DNA of 64,000 nucleotides from NCBI GenBank assembly GCA_030427125.1, contig JAUHXF010000001.1, positions 116,102-180,101 on the forward strand, written 5' to 3'. Source of the DNA: a bacterium. GTDB lineage: Bacteria > Patescibacteriota > Saccharimonadia > Saccharimonadales > SZUA-47. Below are positions 1-10,985 of the stretch, piece after piece (the stretch's first letter is position 1; every line of letters begins with the position of its first letter). Under the pieces are notes generated by a model. That model saw nothing but the letters and a program-made list of their open reading frames with translations. It did not search any database and was not told where the DNA came from. A program made the translations under genes and the position numbers.

Positions 1-31
1 ACAGGTGGTCATGGTAGGGTAAACTAGACGT

Positions 32-604
32 ATGATAGCAAGACTTTCAGGACAGGTTGTTGAACATGATGGGTCTATGGTTATTGTTGATTGTCACGGG
101 GTTGGCTATGGTGTTCTAGTACCTGTTGATGAGCAGTCAAAGTTGCCCGTTGGTACGAAAGCGGAATTGCACATAGCTGAGCATATTAAGGAAGATACAC
201 ATGACCTTTTTGGGTTTTCTGTAAAATCTCGCAAGATGTTGTTTGACTTGCTGACAAGTGTGAATGGCATTGGTCCAAAGGCTGCTATGGCGATATTGAA
301 CATAGGAACAGAGGCGCAAGTGCGTAGCGCTATTGCATCCGGTGATACGAAATTCATCTCAGCTGCAAAAGGTGTCGGTAAGAAAGTTGCTGAGCGAGCA
401 GTTGTTGATCTCAAGAATAAAGTAGGTTTAGAAGCGAGCGATTCCGCCGTAGATTTTCTCGGTGATGCAGCAACAACCGACGAGGCTGTCGAAGCGCTCA
501 TTGCTCTGGGCCATAGCGCACAGGATGCAGCCGAGCTATTGAGAGGTGTTGACCAGTTATTATCAGTAAATGAACGTATTAAACAGGCATTGAGAGCAAA
601 ATGA
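32..604 (+). CDS. ruvA: Holliday junction branch migration protein RuvA
   Basis: MIARLSG...GVGY N-terminus, HhH motifs (VNGIGPKAA, KGVGKKVAER), C-terminal EAVEALIALG; upstream of ruvB. Confidence 0.97.
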   Translation: MIARLSGQVVEHDGSMVIVDCHGVGYGVLVPVDEQSKLPVGTKAELHIAEHIKEDTHDLFGFSVKSRKMLFDLLTSVNGIGPKAAMAILNIGTEAQVRSAIASGDTKFISAAKGVGKKVAERAVVDLKNKVGLEASDSAVDFLGDAATTDEAVEALIALGHSAQDAAELLRGVDQLLSVNERIKQALRAK

Positions 605-1161
605 ATAAGCAGGCTATATTACTACATGGGACAGGCGGAAGTGATATTGATTATTTTTGGTTTGAAGATACAAAAAAGTATTTAGAATCGAAAGGCTATA
701 TAGTTTGGTGGCCTTTGCTGCCTAGTACAGAGAAGCCTAATCTTCAAGAGACAGTAGAGTTTCTTGAAAAAGAAATGCCATCTCTCGATGAAGAGTCGAT
801 TTTCATAGCTCACTCTTCAGCCTGTCCGTTAGTACTGCACCTATTAGAATCATTTGATGTACGAGTGAAGCAAGTAATTTTAGTAGCAGGCTATTATCAG
901 TCTATTTCAGATGAATCTACTTCTATGTTGCCAGAGAATGGTTTTAAATGGTTTGAGATACGGGAGAAGTCAGAGCAATTTTTCTTTATAAACTCGGACA
1001 ATGACCCCTGGAAATGTACCGATGAGCAAGCTCGTGTAGCTGCTGAGACATTACAGTCACCACTGATTGTGAACTACGGACAGGGTCATATGGGTTCGGG
1101 TGCATTTAATCAGCCGTATAGAGAATTCCCGCTACTGAAAAAACTATTGGAGGTAGGATAA
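601..1161 (+). CDS. RBBP9/YdeN-family alpha/beta hydrolase
   Basis: ILLHG, nucleophile elbow AHSSA, SDNDPW and GHMG motifs; overlaps ruvA (ATGA) and ruvB (TAATG). Confidence 0.85.
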   Translation: MNKQAILLHGTGGSDIDYFWFEDTKKYLESKGYIVWWPLLPSTEKPNLQETVEFLEKEMPSLDEESIFIAHSSACPLVLHLLESFDVRVKQVILVAGYYQSISDESTSMLPENGFKWFEIREKSEQFFFINSDNDPWKCTDEQARVAAETLQSPLIVNYGQGHMGSGAFNQPYREFPLLKKLLEVG

Positions 1162-2216
1162 TGGCAGTTGAGAGAATTGTAGACCCACAGCAGCATGATG
1201 AACCTGATGAGCAGGTGCAAGAAGAGCAGCGTATCGAAAACGTGCTTCGACCAAAGGTGTTTGATGATTATGTCGGACAAGAACGAGTCAAAAAAGTGCT
1301 AAAAGTTGGCATCGAAGCTGCCAAGAAGCGCGGTGAACCACTTGATCACATCTTGCTATATGGACCTCCGGGACTTGGTAAGACGACGCTTGCGAACATC
1401 ATCGCGAATGAGATGGGCGCGCAGATTCGCGTCACCAGCGGACCTGCAATAGATCGAGCGGCAGACTTGGCGAGTATTTTAACGAATCTTGGCGATGGAG
1501 ATGTATTGTTTATTGATGAAATCCATCGGTTAAACAGATCAGTCGAAGAAGTTTTGTACAGCGCGATGGAAGACTACGCTATCGATATCATGCTCGGTAA
1601 AGGCCCTAGTGCACGCAGCCTGCGACTGGATGTGCCGAAGTTTACGCTCATAGGTGCGACAACGAGAACCGGAGCTCTTGCAGCTCCACTGAGAGATCGA
1701 TTCGGTATGCTGCACCGACTTGAGTATTACAAGCCAGAAGAAATTGCATCAATTGTGCAGCGATCTGCAAAGCTGCTTGACTCTGAGGTGCATCCAGAAG
1801 CAGCGTCTACACTTTCAAATCGATCACGATTGACACCGAGAATAGCAAATCGTCTACTGAAGCGAGTTCGTGACTACGCTGATGTGAATGGCGATGGCAT
1901 TATTGATACAAAAATTACGACGGAGGCATTGAGGGAGCTTGAGATAGATGAGCACGGGCTTGATACTGCTGACCGCATGCTACTGAGCGCAATTATCGAT
2001 AATCACGGTGGTGGCCCGGTCGGCCTTAATACGCTCGCTGCAGTCCTAGGAGACGAAGTGAGTACCGTTGAGGATTTTTATGAGCCGTACTTGATGCAAA
2101 TAGGGTTTCTAGAACGAACTCCGCGTGGACGTAAAGCAACACCCAAAGCATACAAGCATATGGGCAAAGAATCTCCAGAAGTCTCAAAGAGTTCTTCTCA
2201 AGAAAAACTGCTATAA
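1161..2216 (+). CDS. ruvB: Holliday junction DNA helicase RuvB
   Basis: LRP..FDDYVGQ, Walker [24 protein letters not shown]. Confidence 0.98.
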   Translation: MAVERIVDPQQHDEPDEQVQEEQRIENVLRPKVFDDYVGQERVKKVLKVGIEAAKKRGEPLDHILLYGPPGLGKTTLANIIANEMGAQIRVTSGPAIDRAADLASILTNLGDGDVLFIDEIHRLNRSVEEVLYSAMEDYAIDIMLGKGPSARSLRLDVPKFTLIGATTRTGALAAPLRDRFGMLHRLEYYKPEEIASIVQRSAKLLDSEVHPEAASTLSNRSRLTPRIANRLLKRVRDYADVNGDGIIDTKITTEALRELEIDEHGLDTADRMLLSAIIDNHGGGPVGLNTLAAVLGDEVSTVEDFYEPYLMQIGFLERTPRGRKATPKAYKHMGKESPEVSKSSSQEKLL

Positions 2217-2223
2217 TTAACCT

Positions 2224-2862
2224 ATGCAGAGTACCGAAAGAAACCGCATGGCTCGTGTCGATGCGGACGAAGTTAAGTTATGTGAAGTGCATAAGCATAA
2301 TTTTGGTATTGTTGCGTTGTACGCACAGATTACTCTTGGCATGATTACCGCTACACTGCTCGCTTACTTTTTGCTACCGACGCTAATCTCTAATACTGAC
2401 GATGCAATATTCTATGCAAATGTATTCGCTGCGTTTATAGTTATGATATCTTTTTCCATTATTCTGGTAGCAACATATGTGTATCGACAAAATAGATTGA
2501 TTGTAACCGATAGGAATATTACACAAGTTCTACAAAGTGGTTTATTTAGCAGAAAGACGTCGCAGTTAAATCTCTATAACGTTGAAGACGTCACGGCGAC
2601 AGAAAACGGCTTCCTATCAACGACGTTTGGGTATGGAGAGTTAATGATTGAAACTGCAGGCGAGCAGGCAAATTTTAAGTTTGCATATTGTCCGAAGCCT
2701 GACTACTATGCAAAGATTATTCTAGATGCTCGAGAGAAACTACTAGGTCAAATGAAAAAACAGTCTGCAGAAGACCGAAAACAATCAGTCAAAAAAATGG
2801 GTAAAGAAGTATTAGATAAATCAGCACTTTCGGGTGGTGAAATCTTTATGAAGACCCGCTAA
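2224..2862 (+). CDS. Membrane protein with bacterial PH (bPH_2-like) domain
   Basis: Two TM helices followed by IVTDRNI...GLFSR...VEDV...FGYGELMIETAG pattern. Confidence 0.8.
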   Translation: MQSTERNRMARVDADEVKLCEVHKHNFGIVALYAQITLGMITATLLAYFLLPTLISNTDDAIFYANVFAAFIVMISFSIILVATYVYRQNRLIVTDRNITQVLQSGLFSRKTSQLNLYNVEDVTATENGFLSTTFGYGELMIETAGEQANFKFAYCPKPDYYAKIILDAREKLLGQMKKQSAEDRKQSVKKMGKEVLDKSALSGGEIFMKTR

Positions 2863-2878
2863 GGTAATCTTGTTCTGG

Positions 2879-3760
2879 TTACTGGCTTTGCTGGAAATAC
2901 AAGGCGCCGTCTTTGAAGGTTGTTCGTAGTACAAACGAGCTGCAGCCGCTTGATGTGCAGTCTATACCTCGATAGGAGTAGTCGCTATCATCGTCATTAA
3001 CCTTGGCACCTTTTGGATCCGTCGATACGAACGTATCGTTAAGAATGTCTGAATAGTATGTGTTCATGCTCTCAACAAAACTGCTTTCCGTTGGGTATAG
3101 TCTGCTTGTTGATGCTTTTGAGAAGGTATCAAGCGCTTGAGCAGTATTGTTAACCCAGTCTCGCTTCGTTGAATCAGTTTCTCCTAATTGGTAAATGCTC
3201 GAGCCAACATCAGCAGTCAAGAAAAAGCCACCGCAGCGCCCATTATCACATCGCTCTGCCGCATAGCGATAAGAACTGTTGCTTGCATTAACACTACGTC
3301 CTTCATCATCACTGGAGGGAACTCCCGCAGCGCCCAGTACTGTTATGATTTGGTTTTCAGTTGGGTAGAATTCGTTTTCACTAAAGTACGACTCTAGGGC
3401 GCTCGCGGCATCGATAACCCAGTTACTTTCTACAGTTGCATTGCTGAACGCACTACGGCGATATGTGGCAATGTTTGAGCTAATCGATACATCTTCATCT
3501 TGGCTGAGTGCGAGCAACTTTTCTTCAGTCTCAGGCTTGATATTAAGGCTTGTAACTGGAGATGGAGTGTCACCGCCAGAACTATCAATCTTCTTAGAAG
3601 TATTGCTTGTGAGTGAATTTACGCTGAATAGCGCAAAGCCAATCAATATGCCGGCTAATATGATGAGCAGAGTAAGCGAGTGATGCTCTACTGCGTTAAG
3701 AAATCCTTGGTACAGATTCTTTAGTTTTATTTGTTTAATTTTGTCTGATATTGAATTCAT
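2879..3760 (-). CDS. Membrane-anchored type IV pilus accessory protein (PilP position) with two pilin-head-like repeats
   Basis: Last gene of pilMNO operon; N-terminal TM; two repeats with AL(E/D)..(Y/F)...YPT and CxxxxC. Confidence 0.6.
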   Translation of the reverse strand: MNSISDKIKQIKLKNLYQGFLNAVEHHSLTLLIILAGILIGFALFSVNSLTSNTSKKIDSSGGDTPSPVTSLNIKPETEEKLLALSQDEDVSISSNIATYRRSAFSNATVESNWVIDAASALESYFSENEFYPTENQIITVLGAAGVPSSDDEGRSVNASNSSYRYAAERCDNGRCGGFFLTADVGSSIYQLGETDSTKRDWVNNTAQALDTFSKASTSRLYPTESSFVESMNTYYSDILNDTFVSTDPKGAKVNDDDSDYSYRGIDCTSSGCSSFVLRTTFKDGALYFQQSQ

Positions 3761-3762
3761 AA

Positions 3763-4329
3763 TTATGGCTTTATGTACGTTACGATTGCTAAAGAGACAG
3801 AGAATTGATCACCGTCATTGGGGCTAATTGATAAGCTTTGAATTTCAAATTGTCGCTTATTGTTCTCTAGGTCTTCGAGGAACTGCAGAACATTTTCATA
3901 GTCGGTCTCTATCGCAGTGCTTAGGCGTAAACTAAATACTCCCGGAAGACCATCTACTTTTTCTGTTTGTGACGTTTCTGGGTCAGATGAAGACTGAGCA
4001 CCAGCAAATGAAATAGTTGCGAGTTGTAGCCCTCTGCCTGCTGCTAGATCGATCAATTCACCAACAATATTTTCTTGGGATTTAGAATCTGGCAATATGT
4101 CTTCAGTGACTTGCACGAGCTCTGCATTCTCCTCCAACTCTTCTCGTAACTGTATTGCTGCTTCGGTTTTAGTGTCAAGCTCTTGAACCTGCGTGCGTTT
4201 TTCATCAATAGTCTGTGACCTGTTATCTAGTTGAGATTTAGACCAATATAGGGTGAATATTACAGCTATAGAGACAAGGGCCAGTGCACCCAGTAGGCCA
4301 AAGAAGCTTGTTTTTGGTGTGAGCTTCAT
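3763..4329 (-). CDS. pilO: Type IV pilus assembly protein PilO-like
   Basis: TM + coiled coil + YENVLQFLEDLENNKR...I.SLSI motif; follows pilN. Confidence 0.85.
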   Translation of the reverse strand: MKLTPKTSFFGLLGALALVSIAVIFTLYWSKSQLDNRSQTIDEKRTQVQELDTKTEAAIQLREELEENAELVQVTEDILPDSKSQENIVGELIDLAAGRGLQLATISFAGAQSSSDPETSQTEKVDGLPGVFSLRLSTAIETDYENVLQFLEDLENNKRQFEIQSLSISPNDGDQFSVSLAIVTYIKP

Positions 4330-4985
4330 TAGTTTTGCCCTCCTTGGCCATCAGAGTCGGCAGCTTGTCCTGCTGCCTCTGCTGCTGCCTGGGCTGCTGC
4401 TGCTCGAGCAGCCTTCTCTTGCGCAATCTTCTCAGCACTTCCAGTGAGGCTTGCTTGGATTGAAACAGAATAACGGATAGGGTTTCCTGTGTCGCCACCA
4501 CCTGTTTGATTAACAGACTGAATGTCTGCTGTCTCAAAGACACCTGAGTCCACAAGGTTACGCCGGAGCGTACCAGCTAATTCTTGTGTGCTAGTTGTTG
4601 CGCTGATTTGAAGCGGTGCCGTGCTGGTGCCTGTAAGAGATAGACCTGTTAGCTCAGCGCCGACTGGGATTGAGCTTGCTATCTCAACCAATAGTTGTGA
4701 GAACTTAACTTCACGATCGAAAAGCTTCTCAATCGTCGACACATTTGATCTAAAGCTGTTTGCTTGGTTCTCGTATGCTTGGACATTGCCGTAGATAGCT
4801 TCTTTTTGCTCTATTGATTCGTCGAGAAAAGCTTCGTCATCTGCTGTTATCTGCAGTCCGGACAGCATCACGGCACTTGCAAGTACGCCGATGGCGACTA
4901 TTCCGACAAGTAACTTAACAAGCAATACATTGAGGCGACCATAACGTCGTTTTTTTTGAATTGCAGGAGGGAGCAGATTAATCAT
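4329..4985 (-). CDS. pilN: Type IV pilus assembly protein PilN
   Basis: N-terminal INLLP motif, TM, coiled coil; follows pilM. Confidence 0.9.
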   Translation of the reverse strand: MINLLPPAIQKKRRYGRLNVLLVKLLVGIVAIGVLASAVMLSGLQITADDEAFLDESIEQKEAIYGNVQAYENQANSFRSNVSTIEKLFDREVKFSQLLVEIASSIPVGAELTGLSLTGTSTAPLQISATTSTQELAGTLRRNLVDSGVFETADIQSVNQTGGGDTGNPIRYSVSIQASLTGSAEKIAQEKAARAAAAQAAAEAAGQAADSDGQGGQN

Positions 4986-6046
4986 AGTTTTCCAAGCTCC
5001 CGGTAATCAACCATGCCGAGGCCGCTAGCAGTGGTGTATAGCGTGCTTTCGAGCTCATGCGGTGGCTGCAGACGCCCAAAAGAAACATTCTCCCATGGTG
5101 CGCACAAACGTGTCGGTATTCGGGTTCGATCTGTGAGGTACGTGCTTAGGCCAGGGAGGTTTGCGCCACCGCCTAGAATAATAATCTGGCCGATTGGATC
5201 GCCTTTGCTCTCACGATCGCTGAAGTAACGAAGCACCTTTCTTATTTCATTCACCAGTTTTTTAAGTTCTGGTTCAACTGCTGCAGTTATTTCTTTTTGC
5301 TTCTTGCTGAGCTCTAGCCCATAACGAGTTTTAATGTTTTGTGCTTTTTCTTTACTGACGTTTAGAGATGATGCGATATTCTCGGTTATGCGCTCGCTTG
5401 AACAGTCAACGGTACCTGTCGCGCGGACGGCTGACCCGTCATAGATAGTGATGTCGCAGGCAGTAGATCCAACATCAACAATAAGCGTTGACACGTCATG
5501 AGCTTCAGCATGTGCGACCAGGCGCGTCACAGCTGCAATATTAGGCTCAACAATCGCTGCTTCGAGTCCAAGAGCGTTGAACACCTCGATATATGAATCA
5601 ACGATAGAACAGGGGCTTGCAACCACCTGGACTTCACGGCTGCCATCCTCGAGTTCGTGAATAACAGAATAGTCGAAATACAGCTCATCCATTGGCATTG
5701 GGATTGATTGATCGACCTCGGCTTGAACAGCGCTCGCCAGATCTTTTTCGCTCATCTGTGGTAGTGTCAGCACTCGACTGAAACTGTGGGAGTTTGGCAA
5801 GCTGACGGCAACTCGATTAGTTGAAATATTGCCGATGAGTTTCTTCTCGAGAAGTTCGTGAGCTGCCTTGACGATAATTTCGTGATCAACAACCACGCCA
5901 TCCTTGATAGCGACAGGATCGAATGTTGTGGAGCCGTAGGCTTTGACAAGTGGTTGCTTGCCAGCCATATCTATCTCCATAACCTTAATAGAGCTCCTCC
6001 CGATGTCGAAGCCGAATACTGGTTTGTCTTTATAAAAAATGCCCAC
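4982..6046 (-). CDS. pilM: Type IV pilus assembly protein PilM
   Basis: Actin-like motifs GFDIGRSSIK, IVDVG, ILGGGANLPGL. Confidence 0.95.
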   Translation of the reverse strand: MGIFYKDKPVFGFDIGRSSIKVMEIDMAGKQPLVKAYGSTTFDPVAIKDGVVVDHEIIVKAAHELLEKKLIGNISTNRVAVSLPNSHSFSRVLTLPQMSEKDLASAVQAEVDQSIPMPMDELYFDYSVIHELEDGSREVQVVASPCSIVDSYIEVFNALGLEAAIVEPNIAAVTRLVAHAEAHDVSTLIVDVGSTACDITIYDGSAVRATGTVDCSSERITENIASSLNVSKEKAQNIKTRYGLELSKKQKEITAAVEPELKKLVNEIRKVLRYFSDRESKGDPIGQIIILGGGANLPGLSTYLTDRTRIPTRLCAPWENVSFGRLQPPHELESTLYTTASGLGMVDYRELGKL

Positions 6047-6137
6047 TTTTTCTGTGCTACCTTAGTCTTTGGTTTTTTAGGAACTACTTATGCTTGTAGT
6101 ATAGCATCCATAACGGATTGAACACCAATTAGAACAT

Positions 6138-6171
6138 AAAAAAACACCCTAGCGTAAGCCAAGGTGTTTTT
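6138..6171 (-). terminator. Intrinsic terminator downstream of the pilin gene
   Basis: AAAAACACC...GGTGTTTTT hairpin with T-tract on the minus strand. Confidence 0.8.
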
Positions 6172-6187
6172 GATGTAGCTATAACGA

Positions 6188-6679
6188 TTAGTTCAAGCTG
6201 TTCTTGATGATATCGTTTGCTTCGTCAGTCTCCTGATATCCTGCGAGGATGTACTTCTCACATGGAGCTGTGTTGTCACAACCTGAGCTGTAGAAGTGCA
6301 AAATGTACTCTGTATCAGTGTCTGGGTTAGGTACTGTTGGAGTACCGCCTCCTGCGATGTCTACGTCTTCGTAGGTAACAGAAACGTCGTCACCATCTTC
6401 GTCAACGAGTGCAGTTGGGTCGATACCAGGGAATGTTGTCTGTGCTTGTGCTGAAGTCACAGCTGTTCCGACTGGATAGCCACTGTTGTTGTTGTAGTAT
6501 TCCTCCAGCTTAGAGAACATACTGTTAATGTCGCTGCTTCGTACTGTGTCACGACCACGTGCTTGTGCACCTTGGAAGTTAGTTAGTACGAGTGTAGCCA
6601 AAATACCGATGATAGCAATCACGATTAGGAGCTCGATGATTGTAAAACCAGCTTGTACTTTACTTTTTAGTTGGAGCAT
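6188..6679 (-). CDS. pilA: Type IV major pilin
   Basis: Class III signal G|FTIIELLIVIAIIGIL, RD..R..D motif, C-terminal Cys pair, strong SD (AGGAGG), own terminator. Confidence 0.9.
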   Translation of the reverse strand: MLQLKSKVQAGFTIIELLIVIAIIGILATLVLTNFQGAQARGRDTVRSSDINSMFSKLEEYYNNNSGYPVGTAVTSAQAQTTFPGIDPTALVDEDGDDVSVTYEDVDIAGGGTPTVPNPDTDTEYILHFYSSGCDNTAPCEKYILAGYQETDEANDIIKNSLN

Positions 6680-6780
6680 TGGAGCCCACCTCCTATGTTA
6701 TTTATATGAAGTAAACTCTCTATCGAAAGAGCTTATGGTTACAAGTATCTTACGAGAGGCTTCTGTAGTCAAGCGTTTTT

Positions 6781-7998
6781 TTAGATGTTTTGTGACAAGC
6801 TACTGATTGGACCAAGGACGCTGGAAGCAATAACGCCGACCATGACGCCCATGACCACAATCATGAGGGGTTCGAGTATGGAGCTCAGGCTTTCTGCTGC
6901 AGCATCAACTTCTTCCTCGTAGAAGTCGGCAACTTTAACGAGGACCGTGTCTGTTTGGCCGGTTTCTTCACCTATTGAAAGCATCTGCGACACGATTGGC
7001 GGAAAAATCTCACTTTTAGATAGTGGCTCAGAAAATTGCGCACCATTTGCTACTTGTTTAGCGGCCTCTAGTAGTTCTTTTTCAATGACGGTATTACCAA
7101 TCGCTTTTGCTGTTATTTCTATTGAATCAAGTACGCTCACGCCAGCTGTCATGAGACTTGCGAATATTCGTGAAAAGCGGGCTACGGCCATCTTAATAAT
7201 AATAGTTTTTATGCCAGGAATTCGTAGAAGTACACGATCCCTCACCTCTCTGCCGCGCTTAGTGCGCAAGAATTTTATGAGATAAAAGCCGCCACCAACC
7301 ACAATACCGATCTCTAACCACCAATAGGTCGTCATGAATTCACTGACACTAAGAAGCACCTTTGTCATGGTTGGGAGTTCTCCACCAGACAGATCACCAA
7401 CAATCGTTCCAATTTGCGGTACAACGAACGTCATGAGCGAAATGAAGACGACTATGGTAATGCCGACAAGTACAGCTGGGTAGGTCATCGCGCTTTTGAA
7501 TTTGCCACGTAGTGTCGCGTCTTTTTCTTGCTGCATGGCGAGTTTTTTAAGAATTTCATCTAATATACCACCCGCCTCACCAGCTCGAACCATGTTGATA
7601 TAGATTGGCCCAAAAGCATCCGGGTGTTTTTCTAGGGCGTCGGCAAACGCGGTACCGCTCTCGACGTCTTTGCTGATTTCCGCGAGATGCTTCTGTAGGG
7701 CCTCACTTTCAGTCTGGCTCTGCATAGTTGCGAGTGAGCGCACGAGAGGAACTCCAGCGTTAATCATCGTTGCAAGCTGTCTTGTAAATATGACGATGTC
7801 TTTGCTTTTAACTTTCTTACTAGTTAAGAAGCTAATTTCCATATTCATGCCTTTTCTCTTCTCAGCCTTTTTGATAACGAGTGGCTTGAGTTTGAGGCGG
7901 ACAATCGCGCTGCGAGCAGCTGATTCATTGGCTGCTTCTATAGTGCCTGTGTGCTGTTTTCCGTCATCGCCCGTGGCGGTGTAGCTAAATTTTGCCAT
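6781..7998 (-). CDS. pilC: Type IV pilus platform protein PilC/GspF
   Basis: FTRQLATMINAGVP, AGEAGG, AMTYP, GEETG, LEP motifs. Confidence 0.96.
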   Translation of the reverse strand: MAKFSYTATGDDGKQHTGTIEAANESAARSAIVRLKLKPLVIKKAEKRKGMNMEISFLTSKKVKSKDIVIFTRQLATMINAGVPLVRSLATMQSQTESEALQKHLAEISKDVESGTAFADALEKHPDAFGPIYINMVRAGEAGGILDEILKKLAMQQEKDATLRGKFKSAMTYPAVLVGITIVVFISLMTFVVPQIGTIVGDLSGGELPTMTKVLLSVSEFMTTYWWLEIGIVVGGGFYLIKFLRTKRGREVRDRVLLRIPGIKTIIIKMAVARFSRIFASLMTAGVSVLDSIEITAKAIGNTVIEKELLEAAKQVANGAQFSEPLSKSEIFPPIVSQMLSIGEETGQTDTVLVKVADFYEEEVDAAAESLSSILEPLMIVVMGVMVGVIASSVLGPISSLSQNI

Positions 7999-7999
7999 A

Positions 8000-9763
8000 T
8001 TACTCTCGTGTCACCCTGAGGATTTCTTCTATAGATGTCATACCGATCATTGCCTTAATGAGGCCGTCAAGCTGCATCGTCACCATACCTTCTTTTATGG
8101 CTTGCGATTGAATTTCATCTGAGGTCGCATTGCTGACAATCATTTTTTGGATCTCTTCTTCGTTACTGAGCACCTCATAAATACCCATTCGTCCTTTGTA
8201 GCCAGTTTTTGTTTCCGGCAGATCGGCTTTTGGACGCCATAAGGTCAGTTTTGTTGTTTTTGGCTTGCCGAAGTGATCTTGGGCTGCATTGACTAATGAG
8301 AAGATGCTATCCCAATCGGCTTTGGTTTTTATGCCAAACACTCGTTCGATTTCTTTTTTCTCTTTATCGTTCGGCGTGTACTCTTCGCAGTCTTCTGGCT
8401 GTAATCGACGCACAAGACGCTGACCAATGACGACTCGGACAACACTCGCGATAAGAAATGGTTCAATGTTCATGTCTAGCAGACGAGGCAGGCAGGTTGC
8501 AGCGTTATTCGTGTGTAGCGTAGAGAATACGAGGTGACCGGTCAACGCTGCTTGTACAGCCAAGCCGGCAGTTTCACCATCACGAACCTCACCAACCATG
8601 ATGATATTCGGGTCCTGGCGAAGCAAGGCACGCAAGCCTGCAACAAAGGTCATGCCTGCAACTGGGTTTACTTGTGTTTGATTAACACCTTCGAGCTTAT
8701 ACTCGACTGGGTCTTCTATGGTTGATATGTTTACATCTGGCTTATTGAGTATATGCAAAACAGAGTGCAGGGTAGTGGATTTACCTGAGCCGGTAGGCCC
8801 CGTGACGAGTATCATGCCGTGTGGCTGTCTAGAGGCGCGGTTTATATCGTCTAGAGCCTTGCCCCAAAAGCCGAGTGTCTCGAGAGACAACGGTTCACTC
8901 GATTCGTCTAATACACGCATAACGACTTTTTCACCTTCAGTAATTGGTAGTGTGGACACACGGAAGGCAAACACGCGGCCGTTCATGTTGATTTTAAATC
9001 TACCATCCTGCGGGGCGCGTCGTTCATCGATTTTAAGATTTGAGAGAATTTTTATGCGTGATACAAGTGCGGCTAGGGTCTTTTTCGGTAAACGGTTTGC
9101 TTCGCGCAAGACACCGTCGACGCGATAGCGGATCAGTACTTCTCTGTCGCGTGGCTCAATGTGAATATCACTGGCACCAGACTTGATAGCGTACTCAACG
9201 ACGAGATTTACTGTTTGAGCGATAGGGGAGTCTTCAGCGATATCTTCTTCAGAGACTTCTTCATCGACCTCTTCTTCGTCTTCATCACCAGTAACAATCT
9301 TTGAAATCTCACTGCCGATATTGCCACGGTATTGATCGAGGGCAGATAGGATATTGAAGTGCGTTGCAATGTACACCGTAATTTTCTGGCCGAATAGCTT
9401 GTGTAATACGTCTACTGCCTGTAAATCGTCAGGGTCTTCCATGGCGACTGATTTCGGCGTGTCTTTATCGTCAGGTGCGCCAGCAAAAACCACCATGTTG
9501 TACAGCTTGGCAATATGTTCAGGAATTTGCTTCAGAACTGCTTTATCGAGTTCTTTTGGATTGATCTCAACATATTCAACGCCAATCTCATCTGCATATG
9601 CTTTTATCAGTTCTGAATCACTAAGGATATTTTGCTTAGCAACTAACTCTTGCAGGTCAGTTTTTTCTGTCTTTGCCTGTTCAACAAGCTCTTCAATCTG
9701 CTCCTTGTTCAGGTCGCCAGCTGACTCGAGTATTTTTAGGATTGTTTCTTCTGCAATGCGCAT
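8000..9763 (-). CDS. pilB: Type IV pilus assembly ATPase PilB/GspE
   Basis: ASDIHIEP, Walker A GPTGSGKS, TIEDPVE, LRQDP, TGHLVFSTLHTN. Confidence 0.97.
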   Translation of the reverse strand: MRIAEETILKILESAGDLNKEQIEELVEQAKTEKTDLQELVAKQNILSDSELIKAYADEIGVEYVEINPKELDKAVLKQIPEHIAKLYNMVVFAGAPDDKDTPKSVAMEDPDDLQAVDVLHKLFGQKITVYIATHFNILSALDQYRGNIGSEISKIVTGDEDEEEVDEEVSEEDIAEDSPIAQTVNLVVEYAIKSGASDIHIEPRDREVLIRYRVDGVLREANRLPKKTLAALVSRIKILSNLKIDERRAPQDGRFKINMNGRVFAFRVSTLPITEGEKVVMRVLDESSEPLSLETLGFWGKALDDINRASRQPHGMILVTGPTGSGKSTTLHSVLHILNKPDVNISTIEDPVEYKLEGVNQTQVNPVAGMTFVAGLRALLRQDPNIIMVGEVRDGETAGLAVQAALTGHLVFSTLHTNNAATCLPRLLDMNIEPFLIASVVRVVIGQRLVRRLQPEDCEEYTPNDKEKKEIERVFGIKTKADWDSIFSLVNAAQDHFGKPKTTKLTLWRPKADLPETKTGYKGRMGIYEVLSNEEEIQKMIVSNATSDEIQSQAIKEGMVTMQLDGLIKAMIGMTSIEEILRVTRE

Positions 9764-9955
9764 GTTTACTGATCGGTGCCCACTTGTTTTTATCTATCGT
9801 TCATTTTATCACGCTTATGACTAGGGCTCTAGAAAAGGTTTAGCATATTAATACTTAACAAGTTGTGAAAACATTAATGAGACTTGTGTATATTAGTGAT
9901 ATAAACATAAACAAATTCATAATTAACGTGTAAAGAACACACAAGGAGGGTTTCC

Positions 9956-10984
9956 ATGGCAAAGAAAGAAGCAAAGAAAATGGGTGAAAAAGCCGGCGAC
10001 GAAGCTGGTAAGGCAAAGGCACTAAACTTGGCGATGGACCAAATTGAAAAACAGTTTGGTAAGGGGTCTATCATGCATCTCGAGGGCGATAATAAGATTG
10101 ATGTAGAGACAATTCCAACAGGTAGTGTATCACTCGACCTTGCTCTTGGTGGCGGTATTCCAAAAGGCCGAATTATTGAGATATACGGCCCAGAAAGTTC
10201 AGGAAAAACGACACTAACGCTACATGCCGTCGCAGAGGTACAAAGATCAGGTGGAACAGCGGCATTTATTGATGCTGAGCATGCACTCGATCCAGCATAC
10301 GCGAAACGACTTGGTGTCGACATCGAGAAGCTACTTGTGTCACAGCCAGATAGTGGCGAGCAGTCGCTTGAAATCGTAGAAACGCTTGTTCGATCAAATG
10401 CGGTAGATCTCGTGGTTGTTGATTCTGTGGCTGCTCTCGTGCCGCAGGCAGAAATAGAAGGCGATATGGGTGATTCACACATGGGCTTACAGGCGAGGCT
10501 CATGAGTCAAGCGCTTCGAAAACTCACAAGTATCATCAGTCGCAGCAAATGTACAGTTGTGTTCATTAACCAGCTGCGCATGAAAATTGGTGTTATGTTC
10601 GGTAACCCAGAGACAACAACTGGCGGAAATGCATTGAAGTTCTACGCTAGTGTTCGTATGGATATTCGGCGTACATCGCAAATCAAGGTTGGCGAAGATG
10701 TAATCGGTAACCGGGTGCGAGTAAAGGTGGTGAAGAATAAAATTGCACCGCCATTCCGCCAGGCTGAGTTTGACATTATGTACAACCAAGGAATCAGTAC
10801 GGAAGGCGATATCTTAGACCTCGCGACAGAACGCGGTATTGTTGAAAAGGCCGGTGCGTGGTTCAGCTATGGTGGCGAAAACGTGGCGCAAGGTCGCGAA
10901 GCAGCAAAGCAATATCTCAAAGACAATCCAAAGGTCTTGAAAGAAATTGATAAAAAAGTTCGTGCAGCTTCAAGCGAGGAGTAG
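9956..10984 (+). CDS. recA: Recombinase RecA
   Basis: [29 protein letters not shown]; SD AAGGAGG. Confidence 0.99.
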   Translation: MAKKEAKKMGEKAGDEAGKAKALNLAMDQIEKQFGKGSIMHLEGDNKIDVETIPTGSVSLDLALGGGIPKGRIIEIYGPESSGKTTLTLHAVAEVQRSGGTAAFIDAEHALDPAYAKRLGVDIEKLLVSQPDSGEQSLEIVETLVRSNAVDLVVVDSVAALVPQAEIEGDMGDSHMGLQARLMSQALRKLTSIISRSKCTVVFINQLRMKIGVMFGNPETTTGGNALKFYASVRMDIRRTSQIKVGEDVIGNRVRVKVVKNKIAPPFRQAEFDIMYNQGISTEGDILDLATERGIVEKAGAWFSYGGENVAQGREAAKQYLKDNPKVLKEIDKKVRAASSEE

Positions 10985-10985
10985 A

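Noticed and set aside
9874-10503. 209-aa antisense ORF (and the many similar shadow ORFs in the track)
   Set aside because: They lie opposite or out of frame within well-supported genes such as recA, rny and pilB, and show no motifs
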